From Chitinophagaceae bacterium (lineage in GTDB: Bacteria > Bacteroidota > Bacteroidia > Chitinophagales > Chitinophagaceae), in NCBI GenBank assembly GCA_016710165.1, contig JADJLJ010000005.1, positions 10,937 to 74,936 of the forward strand: DNA of 64,000 bases. The letters run 5' to 3'. The first letter of the stretch is position 1. Each line of letters begins with the position of its first letter. The notes beneath the pieces are model-generated. The model was given only the letters and a program-made list of their open reading frames with translations, was not told where the DNA came from and ran no database searches. Below, in pieces: positions 47,198 through 56,729 of the stretch. Position numbers and translations under genes: made by a program.

Positions 47198-49131
47198 TTA
47201 ATGGGCAGCAGGGCCGGTTTCCCGCCTGCCTAAAATATTTTCCAGGTCTTCCTTAAAGATCACTTCATTTTCCAGGAGTAATTCAGCAACCCGGTTCAAG
47301 GATGTTTTATTCTCCTGCAGCAACGCGGTCGTTTGTGCATAGGCATCACTGACCAGTTTGCGAACCTCCTCATCAATGAGTTTGCCGGTTTCTTCGCTGT
47401 ACGGTTTTTGAATACTCATATCCCGCTGGCCCGTGGAATCGTAAAAGCTGATATTTCCGATGGTCTTATTGAACCCGTAATAAACCACCATCATATAGGC
47501 TTCTTTTGTGACTTTTTCCAGGTCATCCAGTGCACCGGTGGAAATATCGCCAAATGTGATCTCTTCGGCTGCCCGTCCGCCTAAAGTGGCACAAAGATGT
47601 TCCATAAAAGCGGTCCTGCTCCTTAACTGTTTCTCTTCCGGTAGATACCAGGCGGCCCCCAGTGATTTGCCCCGGGGAATGATGGACACTTTTATCAATG
47701 GGTCAACGTGTTTCAGCAGCCAGCTTACCACTGCATGTCCTGCTTCGTGGTAGGCAATGATCTTCTTCTCTTCCGGTGATATGATCTTGCTTCTCTTTTC
47801 CAACCCGGCTACGATCCGGTCAATGGCATCGAGGAAATCCTGCCGGTCTATGAATTGCTTTTTCTTCCGGGCAGCGATCAGGGCAGCTTCATTACAGATA
47901 TTGGCAATGTCGGCACCGGAGAACCCCGGGGTTTGTGCAGCCAGGAAAGCGGTATCGATCCCGCTGTCAACGATCAGGGGGCGGAGATGCACCTTGAATA
48001 TCTCTTCCCGTTCTTTCAGGTTAGGCAATTCCAGGTATATGTGCCTGTCAAACCTGCCGGGCCGCAGCAAGGCAGGGTCAAGCATATCCGCCCGGTTGGT
48101 GGCGGCCAGCACGATCACGCCATTGTTGGTGCCAAAACCATCCATCTCTGTTAACAGCTGGTTGAGGGTACTTTCCCTTTCATCATTGGCTCCGCCCAGG
48201 AATGCACCTTTCCCCCGTGATCTCCCGATTGCATCGATCTCATCGATGAATATGATGCAGGGCGCTTTTTCCTTGGCTCTTTTGAACAGGTCCCGGACCC
48301 TCGAAGCACCCACGCCCACAAACATCTCTACAAACTCGGAGCCTGAAATGGAAAAGAACGGGACCTGGGCTTCCCCGGCCACCGCTTTTGCAAGCAGGGT
48401 TTTTCCGGTGCCGGGCGGACCGACCAATATGACGCCTTTGGGGATCTTTGCGCCCAGTTTGGTGAATGATTCCGGGGTCTTTAAAAAATCAACGATCTCC
48501 TTTACTTCCATTTCCGCTTCTTCCAGCCCGGCCACATCCGCAAAAGTTATATTGCTTTTTTGCTTTTCAACCAGGGTCGCTGTTGATTTACCAAAATTGA
48601 AAATAGATGAACCACCTGTTCCCATTCCACCGGACCTTCTGAGGAGAAAATTCCCACATCAGCAAAGAAAAACGAACGGCAATAACCATCCGGCGATATT
48701 CCAGAACCAGTTTGTTCTCCTGGTGTAACGTACATTGATATCATCGCCGGTAGAATATTTTTTTTCTGCTTCATCCAGTTTCCGTTCAAAGGATTCCACC
48801 GAGCCGATGCGGAGGGTATAGTGGGGCCCCGGGTTTAAGGATCGTCCGATGAATGGCTTAAAGACATCCCTGAACATGCTGTCATTCGACCTTTCTTTCT
48901 TTATGTACACTTCCGCTTTTTCATTATTTATGATCACGATCTCTTCAACCGCGTTGCGGCCAGGATATCTTTTTCAAACTGCTGCCAGCTGATCTCCTGC
49001 GTACCCGTGAAATTATTCAGCAGGGAAGGCAGCAGAACCAACGCCAATAACCCCAGGTATACCCAGTACCGCTTGAAACGGTTACCCGGCGGATCTGAAC
49101 GGCGGGGGCCTTTGTTCCTGGTGTTATTCAT
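47198..49131 (-). pseudogene. ftsH: ATP-dependent zinc metalloprotease FtsH, interrupted by a frameshift (~48958) and an in-frame TGA (48659-48661); possibly assembly errors
   Basis: The pieces join into a full FtsH: TM1, periplasmic domain, TM2, GPPGTGKTLLA, FIDEIDA, RPGRFDR and HEAGH. Each break lies in a homopolymer run. Confidence 0.8.
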
Positions 49132-49165
49132 GCAGTAAAGTTTAACATCCTTTGCTGTTCTGTAA

Positions 49166-49248
49166 ATGATAAAGATCAATCCGGTCAATGATTTGATTCA
49201 TGGAATGGCCTGTACAGATCAGCAATGAAATTTATTGACCACTGTCAT
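49166..49248. promoter_or_regulatory. Three FNR/CRP-like boxes between divergent ftsH and nitroreductase
   Basis: ATGAT-AAAG-ATCAA (49166), ATGAT-TTGA-TTCAT (49188) and TTGAC-CACT-GTCAT (49235). Confidence 0.55.
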
Positions 49249-49336
49249 ATTACCGGGTATCTGCGATCATCCATACGACAGCATCCTGTTGTTAGCTTTG
49301 AATTGGCCGGATCGGTTTGATCAGCCTCCATCAGTT

Positions 49337-49855
49337 ATGAAAGATACATTGGATGCCATACGCGAAAGGAAGAGTGTCCGGAGTTATACCGGTGAACCGG
49401 TAAGCAGGGAATTCATTGATAAACTGCTTCATGCGGCCATGGCTGCACCTGCTGCCATTCATATGCTCCCGTGGAAATTCATTGTGGTCACCGATAAGGA
49501 AAGACTAAAGGCTTTGGCCGGCGGTCTGCCGTTTGCTCAAATGGTAAACCGGGCAGGAACCGGCATTGTGGTTTGTGCAGTGCCGGAGGAAGCTGCCATG
49601 AACAGCGAAGCATACGCGGTGCTGGATTGTGCCTGCGCCAGTGAGAACATATTATTGGCAGCGGAGGCGCTCGGTTTGGGGGCAGTGTGGACAGCTATAT
49701 ATCCCAACCAGGAGCTGATGGATTTTGTAAGGGAGGAATTGGGGATCCCCAAAAATGTAATTCCGCTCAACCTGATCCCGGTCGGCTATCCAACCGGGGA
49801 GGAGAAAGCAACAGATAAATATGATCCCAGGAATGTCCATTGGGAAAAATGGTAA
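49337..49855 (+). CDS. Nitroreductase family protein
   Basis: IRERKSVRSYT, AAMAAPAA, PWKFIVV, DCACASENILLAAEALGLG. Confidence 0.92.
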   Translation: MKDTLDAIRERKSVRSYTGEPVSREFIDKLLHAAMAAPAAIHMLPWKFIVVTDKERLKALAGGLPFAQMVNRAGTGIVVCAVPEEAAMNSEAYAVLDCACASENILLAAEALGLGAVWTAIYPNQELMDFVREELGIPKNVIPLNLIPVGYPTGEEKATDKYDPRNVHWEKW

Positions 49856-49890
49856 ATAAATATATTCGGATAATACTAAAATGAAGAACC

Positions 49891-50295
49891 ATGTATATCG
49901 AAATAAATGATAACACCGTGATCCGGGATATCCAGCAGAAAATTGCCGATTATTATCCGTACCTGCAGGTAAAATTTTACAGTAAACCGCATAAAAAATA
50001 TGAAGCATCCGATCCGGGGGACCAGGTCTCTCCGGCTAAAAAGATCAGTGAGGTCAGGCAAACACATGTATCGGCCCTGCTGGAAATAACACCGGTATCA
50101 CGGATCCGGGATATTGAAAGTGAATTCCAGCAACGGTTCGGACTTTCCGTACAGATCCTGCGGAAAGAAAAGGGGATATGGGTCCAGACAACCGGAATGG
50201 ATGATTTTACGCTGAAGGAACTGAATGTGCTGAGCAGGAATTCTTCTGATGAATATATTCTTTCTGAACCCGATTCGGAATACCCGGAACAATAA
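49891..50295 (+). CDS. Hypothetical protein
   Basis: Clean ORF with an AT-rich upstream region; FQQRFGLSVQILRK...W pattern; no family recognised with certainty. Confidence 0.65.
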   Translation: MYIEINDNTVIRDIQQKIADYYPYLQVKFYSKPHKKYEASDPGDQVSPAKKISEVRQTHVSALLEITPVSRIRDIESEFQQRFGLSVQILRKEKGIWVQTTGMDDFTLKELNVLSRNSSDEYILSEPDSEYPEQ

Positions 50296-50335
50296 AGGTT
50301 ATTACTAATGGATCAATTTCAAAAAAAGCAGCCAT

Positions 50336-50728
50336 ATGCCCAATACGATCGCAGTATATTATACAGATGAACTTTCGGAATGGAAAGATTCGGTAACGCA
50401 CTGTTACCATGAGATAGATGAACTGACCCGAAAACTGGCAGATGTGATCCGCCGGAATTCCATTACCGGTATTGCGGAAAAGGTGGAGGTCCACCAGGAT
50501 ATGCTGAACCAGGCAGCCGATAATTTTTACCGGCTGGAAACGGGTATACAGCAGCAGGAAGAAGCACTGAAAATGGACAGTACCCTGCTTGACAATGAAC
50601 ATATTAACCATGAAACAGCGAACAGGCAAAATGAATTACGCCAGCGGATGCAGGCAGCAGAAAAGCAATTTATTGATGTGAAGTTTGATTGCTATGGATT
50701 CCTGGCAGGCACTTTGCAGAAAAAATGA
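50336..50728 (+). CDS. Hypothetical helical/coiled-coil protein
   Basis: Co-oriented ORF; amphipathic helical composition. Confidence 0.65.
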   Translation: MPNTIAVYYTDELSEWKDSVTHCYHEIDELTRKLADVIRRNSITGIAEKVEVHQDMLNQAADNFYRLETGIQQQEEALKMDSTLLDNEHINHETANRQNELRQRMQAAEKQFIDVKFDCYGFLAGTLQKK

Positions 50729-50794
50729 ACGGCAGCGGGTTCTGCGATCTGAATATCCCCGACGGGGGTTCTGGTTCCTGTATCATTCGTTTAG

Positions 50795-50808
50795 CTGATG
50801 GATATCAT
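50795..50808. promoter_or_regulatory. FNR/CRP-like box
   Basis: CTGAT-GGAT-ATCAT upstream of the HPF-like gene. Confidence 0.5.
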
Positions 50809-50876
50809 GGTTAATGGCTCCCGGTCCGTTTACTTTTAATGCAGGATTTTTTTTCAGACCATATAAAAAATATTTT

Positions 50877-51209
50877 ATGACCATCGAATTTCACACACCG
50901 CATGGAAAAGTACCTGAAAAACTGGTAAGTACCATCCGCAACGAAGTGCTCGAACTTCTGCATATCAATAAAAAGATATCCCGGGCAGAAGTGATGATGA
51001 GGGAGGAAATGAACAACCTGCAGGGAGAGAATGATGTCTGCGAGATCCGGCTCAGTATCTACGGCGATAATCTGTTTGTACATGGCCAGGCTGTTAGCTT
51101 TGAGAAAGCAGCAAGGATCGCTTTGAAAGAACTGAAACGACTGGTACGCCAGCAGGTAAAGAAGCAAAAGGAAGTTCCTGATCAAAAACTCAGTACGGTA
51201 AAGGTTTGA
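50877..51209 (+). CDS. HPF/RaiA-like (ribosome hibernation fold) protein
   Basis: KISRAEV...VCEIRLSIYGDNLFVHGQAVSFEKAA...LKRLV pattern. Confidence 0.6.
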   Translation: MTIEFHTPHGKVPEKLVSTIRNEVLELLHINKKISRAEVMMREEMNNLQGENDVCEIRLSIYGDNLFVHGQAVSFEKAARIALKELKRLVRQQVKKQKEVPDQKLSTVKV

Positions 51210-51266
51210 TGAGAGCGGATAAACGGGAATAGAAATTGTGCAGGGATCATTCCGGCGAGGATGATC

Positions 51267-51899
51267 TCAGCCTGTTTTTTTCAGTTCTTTCAGTTTATCC
51301 AGGTAATGCATCACTTCTTCATCACTTACCTGTTCAAAGTCTTCATAAAAAGCACCTACCCCGTAAAAATCTTCGGGTATTAAAACGGCCACCACTTCAT
51401 CCACTTCTTTTTCCAGTTTTTGAACCGCAGTTTCCGAGGCCACCGGGACACCGATCACGATCTTAGCCGGATTACTTTTTCGCAACACATTCACCGTACC
51501 CAGCAGTGTATTGCCGGTGGCAATGCCGTCGTCGATCACAATGACCGTCTTCCCTTCGAGTTTTTCCGGTTCTTTATCACCCATGAAACGGGCATGCATC
51601 TCCTTCAGCCTGCTGCGGATGCGTTGTAATTCCTGTTCGATATATTCTTCGGTAACACCCTCATGCGGCACTACAAAATGATCGGTAAGGCTTGCTGCGC
51701 CAATTGCATATTCTTTATTCATCGGGTGGCCGATCTTTTTGGTCAGTATTACTTCTACCGGCAAGCCCAGTTCCCGGGCAACGGCATAAGCAACCGGCAT
51801 ACCTCCCCTGGGAACTGCCAATACAATTCCGGGATCGTTCTTATACTTTTTCAGTTTGGCTGCCAGTAATAAACCTGCTTCCAGTCTGTCGTGAAACAT
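51267..51899 (-). CDS. Phosphoribosyltransferase
   Basis: MFHDRLEAG, VPRGG, VIVIDDGIATG (PRPP motif) and VGAFYEDFEQVSDEEV. Confidence 0.9.
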   Translation of the reverse strand: MFHDRLEAGLLLAAKLKKYKNDPGIVLAVPRGGMPVAYAVARELGLPVEVILTKKIGHPMNKEYAIGAASLTDHFVVPHEGVTEEYIEQELQRIRSRLKEMHARFMGDKEPEKLEGKTVIVIDDGIATGNTLLGTVNVLRKSNPAKIVIGVPVASETAVQKLEKEVDEVVAVLIPEDFYGVGAFYEDFEQVSDEEVMHYLDKLKELKKTG

Positions 51900-51920
51900 A
51901 AAATTTACTTTTTCTCATTC

Positions 51921-52562
51921 TTACCCGGCCAGGTGTTTTTCAAACCAGTTGCCAGCGAGTTCAGAAACAATTTCCATTTTCCCGGGTTCCTCAAACAAAT
52001 GTGTTGCTCCTTCTACCAACTCCAGTTTTTTTTCACATTGCAGTTTTGCATACGCTTTCTTATTCATTTCCACTACTTCGTGATCCAGGCTGCCCACGAT
52101 CAACAGGGTAGGAGCCTGTACACTGGGTAAAACATCTATTGCCAGGTCAGGCCTGCCTCCCCTGGAAACCACGGCAGCTATCTGCGGCAGGTATGCAGCA
52201 GCCCTCAGGGCAGAGGCAGCGCCCGTGCTGGCGCCAAAATAGCCGATGCGGCATTCTTTTACAGCAGGAAGTCCTTCCAGCCATTCAGTCGCACCGGCCA
52301 GTCTTTTGGAAAGTAAATTGATATCAAACCGGTTGGAATAATCTTCGTCTTCTTCCTCTGTCAGCAGGTCAAACAATAATGTTCCGATATTTTTCCCTTG
52401 CAGGTAACTTGCCACCTGCCGGTTGCGGCTGCTGAACCGGCTGCTGCCGCTTCCGTGTGAAAAAATAACAATGGCATTTGCCTTCAGCGGGATGATCAAT
52501 TCCCCCTGTACCGTTACATTGCCAAGCGGAATGTCTGTTTCCCTGTTAAGACGAAAATCCAT
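51921..52562 (-). CDS. Dienelactone hydrolase-like alpha/beta hydrolase
   Basis: FSHGSGSSRFS, GYFGASTGAA, VSRGGRPDLA and GATHLFEE. Confidence 0.88.
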   Translation of the reverse strand: MDFRLNRETDIPLGNVTVQGELIIPLKANAIVIFSHGSGSSRFSSRNRQVASYLQGKNIGTLLFDLLTEEEDEDYSNRFDINLLSKRLAGATEWLEGLPAVKECRIGYFGASTGAASALRAAAYLPQIAAVVSRGGRPDLAIDVLPSVQAPTLLIVGSLDHEVVEMNKKAYAKLQCEKKLELVEGATHLFEEPGKMEIVSELAGNWFEKHLAG

Positions 52563-52572
52563 TTTTAATTTT

Positions 52573-53097
52573 TTATCCGGGTATTACGATGGGCGCCCGG
52601 GCATTGATGTTTATCTCGTGTTCGGCCAGTTGAGTCAGCCGGTCGTCGATCTGTTTTTCATTCACTTCCGCTTCATGAAATACGGCTGCCTGTTGTTCGG
52701 TACCTACTACTTTGGCAAATGCAGCTGCCGTGCCATAGGTACTTATTTTAAAATGGTTAATGGCCTGTATGCTCGCCAGCAGGCAGGCATCTTTTATTTC
52801 AACGTCTGAGCAACCGGAAAGTTTTTCTTCCGTGTCTTCAATAAAGGCTCTCATTACCCGGTTTGTAACGCTGAGCGAAGTGATATGCTCTTCATCAAGA
52901 AAGACCTCCAGTTTTTGTATATGCTCTTCTACGTACAAAAGATACCGCTGCAGCACCGTTTTAAGTTTTAGCGAGCCCGCTTTATTTATCCATTCCGGTA
53001 ATTTGTTCTTTAACTGCACTTCTGCACTGGTGAACTTACGGGCATCATCATCCAGCAGGTTGCGCAGTGTGGCGATGGGTTGATAGTTTGCTTCCAT
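52573..53097 (-). CDS. DUF892/YciF ferritin-like protein
   Basis: SAEVQL...EEHIQKL...IQAINHFKISTYGT...EKQIDDRL. Confidence 0.82.
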   Translation of the reverse strand: MEANYQPIATLRNLLDDDARKFTSAEVQLKNKLPEWINKAGSLKLKTVLQRYLLYVEEHIQKLEVFLDEEHITSLSVTNRVMRAFIEDTEEKLSGCSDVEIKDACLLASIQAINHFKISTYGTAAAFAKVVGTEQQAAVFHEAEVNEKQIDDRLTQLAEHEININARAPIVIPG

Positions 53098-53147
53098 GAT
53101 ATTCAGTTTTATTGCTACGAATCTACGTTTCCTGCTGCCCGGAATGA

Positions 53148-53220
53148 ATGATATTGGTCACCAAAAATTTTGATTGACCTCATAATGCTGCCCTGGATGG
53201 CGTTAACTGATAATAATCAT
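53148..53220. promoter_or_regulatory. Three FNR/CRP-like boxes in the divergent DUF892/esterase intergenic region
   Basis: ATGAT-ATTG-GTCAC (53148), TTGAT-TGAC-CTCAT (53170) and CTGAT-AATA-ATCAT (53207). Confidence 0.5.
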
Positions 53221-53322
53221 TAAATGCATTGATGGGCGGCATTTTAAACAGGGGCCCGATTCCGTTGCTTTGGGAAAGGAACCCGTCCGGGATACCGGGC
53301 ATAACCGTTAAAACCAAACATC

Positions 53323-54660
53323 ATGCGACGCTACTTCACCAGGGATGTTTTATTGGACGAACGGGAAACAATAAACTCCATCAAACAATGGTCATATCCA
53401 TTACAAAATAAATCCGACCTGCAGCCGCTGCTCGACCGGGTAGGCGATGCCAGGATCGTAATGCTTGGGGAGGCAAGCCACGGTACACATGAGTATTACA
53501 CCTGGCGGACACATATTTCAAAGCGATTGATCGAGGAAAAGGGTTTTCAGTTCATTGCCGTGGAGGGTGACTGGCCGGATTGTTACCGCCTCAACCGTTT
53601 TATAAAAGGCTATGACGGGGAGAGCAGGAATGCATTTCACGTATTGCATTCATTTAACCGCTGGCCTACCTGGATGTGGGCAAACTGGGAAGTAATGGCG
53701 CTGGCGGGCTGGATGCACCGGCACAACAAAGGATTGTCCGTAAATAAAAGGGCCGGCTTTTATGGCCTGGATGTTTACAGTCTCTGGGAAAGCATGCAAA
53801 GCATCATGCAGTACCTGAAAAAAACGGATCCCGCAGCATTGGAAATGGCAGAGGCTGCGTTCCGGTGTTTTGAACCTTACCAGGATGATGAAGGGCGCTC
53901 GTATGCAAGGGCATCGCAGTTTGTTCCGGAATTATGCGAAAATGAAGTGCTGCATTTGCTGAAAGAGATACAGCAAAAAATGCCCACCTACAATACGGAT
54001 CATGAAAATGTTTTCAGTGCAGAACAGAATGCATTGATCGCCGTGCATGCTGAGAAATATTACCGGGCTATGATCAAGGGAGGTCCGCACAGCTGGAATG
54101 TACGGGACAGGCATATGGCCGATACCCTGGAACGCTTACTGGATTTTCACGGGGAAGGATCCAAAGTGATCGTGTGGGCTCATAATACCCATGTAGGTGA
54201 TGCAAGGGCAACGGATATGGTGGATGAAGGCATGTTCAACATTGGTGAACTGGCCAGGATGCAGCATCACGATAAAGGAGTGGTATTGGTGGGCTTTGGT
54301 TCTTACAAAGGAACGGTAACGGCGGGCAGAAGCTGGGGTGCCAAAATGAAAACGGTGGAAGTGCCGGAGGCCAGGAAGGGAAGCTGGGAATATTTACTGC
54401 ACCGGGCCGGAACGGAAAATAAGTTATTGCTGATGGATGACCTTACCGGCAGTGATATGCTGATGGAACATCACATCGGCCATCGGGCGATTGGCGTGGT
54501 ATATAACCCCGAATATGAGCAGTACGGGAATTATGTGCCTACTATCCTGCCTTTGCGGTATGATGCTTTTATTTACGTAGATGAAACCAGGGCATTGCAC
54601 CCGCTGCATATAGAACCCGACGGCCAGCAGATGCCTGAGACGTATCCATTTGCTGTATAA
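53323..54660 (+). CDS. Erythromycin esterase-family protein
   Basis: LGEASHGTHEYY, AVEGDWPD, WPTWMWAN, WNVRDRHM, WAHNTHVGDARAT and HRAIGVVY. Confidence 0.92.
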   Translation: MRRYFTRDVLLDERETINSIKQWSYPLQNKSDLQPLLDRVGDARIVMLGEASHGTHEYYTWRTHISKRLIEEKGFQFIAVEGDWPDCYRLNRFIKGYDGESRNAFHVLHSFNRWPTWMWANWEVMALAGWMHRHNKGLSVNKRAGFYGLDVYSLWESMQSIMQYLKKTDPAALEMAEAAFRCFEPYQDDEGRSYARASQFVPELCENEVLHLLKEIQQKMPTYNTDHENVFSAEQNALIAVHAEKYYRAMIKGGPHSWNVRDRHMADTLERLLDFHGEGSKVIVWAHNTHVGDARATDMVDEGMFNIGELARMQHHDKGVVLVGFGSYKGTVTAGRSWGAKMKTVEVPEARKGSWEYLLHRAGTENKLLLMDDLTGSDMLMEHHIGHRAIGVVYNPEYEQYGNYVPTILPLRYDAFIYVDETRALHPLHIEPDGQQMPETYPFAV

Positions 54661-54683
54661 CCATTACCTTAAACTAAAATACC

Positions 54684-55172
54684 ATGAACAATCCATTGGA
54701 ACATACCGGGGCAACAAGGGCCGTTGATTATATACAGTTAAAGGTCAGCAGTACGGCCTTCGGCGACGGGGAAATGATCCCCTCCAGATATACCTGTGAT
54801 GGGAGTAACATCAATCCCCCGCTGGATATTGAACATATTCCGGAAGAAGCCAGCTGCCTGGTATTGATCGTTGATGATCCCGATGCCCCGGGGGGTACCT
54901 GGGTGCACTGGATCGTTTGGAATATCCCACTGACCCATCACATGAAAGAGAATAATGTACATGGTATGGAAGGCCTTAATGACTTTGGGCAGCATCATTA
55001 TGGCGGGCCTTGCCCTCCATCCGGCACTCACAGGTACTTCTTTAAAGTATATGCCCTCGATTCATTACTTGAGCTGCCTGCCGATACGGATAAACTGCAA
55101 TTGGAAAAAGCAATGAGCGAACATATCCTGGCTTTCGGTGAACTGACCGGCTTGTATAAAAGAATAAGATAA
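54684..55172 (+). CDS. YbhB/YbcL (PEBP/Raf kinase inhibitor-like) protein
   Basis: YTCDG.NINPPL, DDPDAPGGTWVHW and GPCPPSGTHRYFF. Confidence 0.93.
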   Translation: MNNPLEHTGATRAVDYIQLKVSSTAFGDGEMIPSRYTCDGSNINPPLDIEHIPEEASCLVLIVDDPDAPGGTWVHWIVWNIPLTHHMKENNVHGMEGLNDFGQHHYGGPCPPSGTHRYFFKVYALDSLLELPADTDKLQLEKAMSEHILAFGELTGLYKRIR

Positions 55173-55279
55173 AGACGGGTATATTTGTACGGATTAGTTG
55201 TTATCATTACCAACAGGGTTCCGGATGTTTTCGGTGGTATTGAATTCACCGGTTGGCTATCTTTCTTTTATTTCACCCA

Positions 55280-56053
55280 ATGATGAGCACATCCATTGAA
55301 TATTTTGTTCAGAAGGACTCCATTGTGAGAACGATATGGGGGAAATCCGATACCATCCTTTTTATCTTCGCCGGCTCTGCGGCAGAGTTCGCTCTGAACA
55401 AGGCCGTTGATTGGTTGTACTTCACCGGTAAACTTCCGGCTGATCCGCTGGGCAGGTTATTTTCCACCGTTTCGTATGCAAGACAGATCGTTTTTTCAGA
55501 ACTGGGTAAGGCGCATGCAGCGATTGATAGAATTAATGCCATTCATGACGGGGTGGAAAAAAGCCGTAATGCAAAAATACCAGACTGGGCTTACCGGGAT
55601 GTTTTGTTCATGCTCATTCATTATTCCATCGCTTCTTTTGAACTGCTGGAAAGAAAATTGAGTGATGCTGAGAAAGAGGAACTGTATGATGTGTTCTTCC
55701 GGCTTGGCTCCCGGATGAACTTAAAAGAACTCCCGGAAAATTATACCGCCTGGCTCAGCAGCCGGCAGAAGCACCTGGAGACTGACCTGGTAAAAAGTGA
55801 TTACACGGTTGACCTGTACAAGCAGTACAAAAAACACCTGGGGAGGTCAAGGTATAAATTGCTGCTGGAATCGCAAAAACTTGTTGTGCCTGCAGCGGCA
55901 AAGAAAATGCTGGGCCTTAATGAACATTACTGGCTTAAATCCATTCTGCCATTTTATAAATTCAGCAGGAAAATAAAACTGGATGGTTTAATAAAGTCTG
56001 TCATACTGCCTTCCGCATACAGGGAACAGATAAATGCACTTGACAATAATTGA
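55280..56053 (+). CDS. DUF2236/oxygenase MpaB-like protein
   Basis: DPLGRLFSTVSY, INAIHDGVE and AYRDVLFML. Confidence 0.75.
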   Translation: MMSTSIEYFVQKDSIVRTIWGKSDTILFIFAGSAAEFALNKAVDWLYFTGKLPADPLGRLFSTVSYARQIVFSELGKAHAAIDRINAIHDGVEKSRNAKIPDWAYRDVLFMLIHYSIASFELLERKLSDAEKEELYDVFFRLGSRMNLKELPENYTAWLSSRQKHLETDLVKSDYTVDLYKQYKKHLGRSRYKLLLESQKLVVPAAAKKMLGLNEHYWLKSILPFYKFSRKIKLDGLIKSVILPSAYREQINALDNN

Positions 56054-56058
56054 TGCCG

Positions 56059-56502
56059 TCAGCTTTTTTTATTCCGGATGAAGATCACTCCGTCCTGTAT
56101 CTCATCAGCAAGTTGCTGGATTGTCTTTGCGGTGAACAGATTTATCAATTGCGTTTTTATCACTTTGTATTGTGCATGCATGGGACATGGCCGGGTTTCG
56201 GAACATAACTTTAAACCCATCACGCATTTTTCCAGTATCTCCTCTTCGCCCATCGCTTCCAAAACCACACGAACAGGTAATTGTTTTGCCTTTTCCGGAA
56301 TAAAAAAACCGCCCTGCGGGCCCCGGGCAGAACTGACCACCTTATTTCCCCGGGTCAGTTGCTGTAATATTTTTGCCGTAAAAGAGCGGGGAGAATCGAT
56401 CGCCCGGGCAATTTCTTCAATACCCATCTTATTCTCTTCCGAACTTTTTTGGGCTAAAAAAAGGGTGGCCCTCAGTGCATATTCCGTTGCTTTTGAAAAC
56501 AT
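56059..56502 (-). CDS. Rrf2-family transcriptional regulator with an Fe-S Cys motif
   Basis: TEYALRA, AKILQQL, SARGPQGGF and CVMGLKLCSETRPCPMH. Confidence 0.92.
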   Translation of the reverse strand: MFSKATEYALRATLFLAQKSSEENKMGIEEIARAIDSPRSFTAKILQQLTRGNKVVSSARGPQGGFFIPEKAKQLPVRVVLEAMGEEEILEKCVMGLKLCSETRPCPMHAQYKVIKTQLINLFTAKTIQQLADEIQDGVIFIRNKKS

Positions 56503-56551
56503 AGCTTTTATTAAACCGGGAAACTACAATATTTTTTAATGAGCCGGTCAT

Positions 56552-56729
56552 TGATCCGCCAGCGGGTAGTGTTCTATTTTGAATGATTGTCATCCTGAGC
56601 CTGCCTGCCGGTAGGCAGGGTACGAAGGATCTCCTGATCAGGATCGTTTACTTAACCTGAGATGCTTCGTTCCTCAGCATGACAGGTCACAAAATATTCA
56701 AAACAGGACACTACCTGCCGGCGGGTTCA
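56552..56729. repeat. ~180-bp nested hairpin: outer ~30-bp inverted repeat, inner GTCATCCTGAG...CTCAGCATGAC hairpin, and a 20-bp palindrome inserted in the left inner arm (56600-56619)
   Basis: Outer arms CCGCCAGCGGGTAGTGTTCTATTTTGAAT and rc CCGCCGGCAGGTAGTGTCCTGTTTTGAAT. Inner arms GTCATCCTGAG[CCTGCCTGCCGGTAGGCAGG]GTACGAAGGATCT and rc GTCATGCTGAG-GAACGAAGCATCT. Confidence 0.85.

Noticed and set aside
48653-48666. Selenocysteine or read-through TGA in ftsH
   Set aside because: The TGA lies in a TM helix and is explained by two compensating homopolymer indels that restore LLLMWNF.
47757-48728. 323-aa plus-strand ORF, and similar long antisense ORFs over argG/argC/mtaB/folC
   Set aside because: These are shadow frames opposite conserved genes, with no recognisable motifs.
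53323-54660. Macrolide resistance gene
   Set aside because: The family match alone is insufficient; the context (PRT, hydrolase, FNR-like boxes) points to a non-resistance role.
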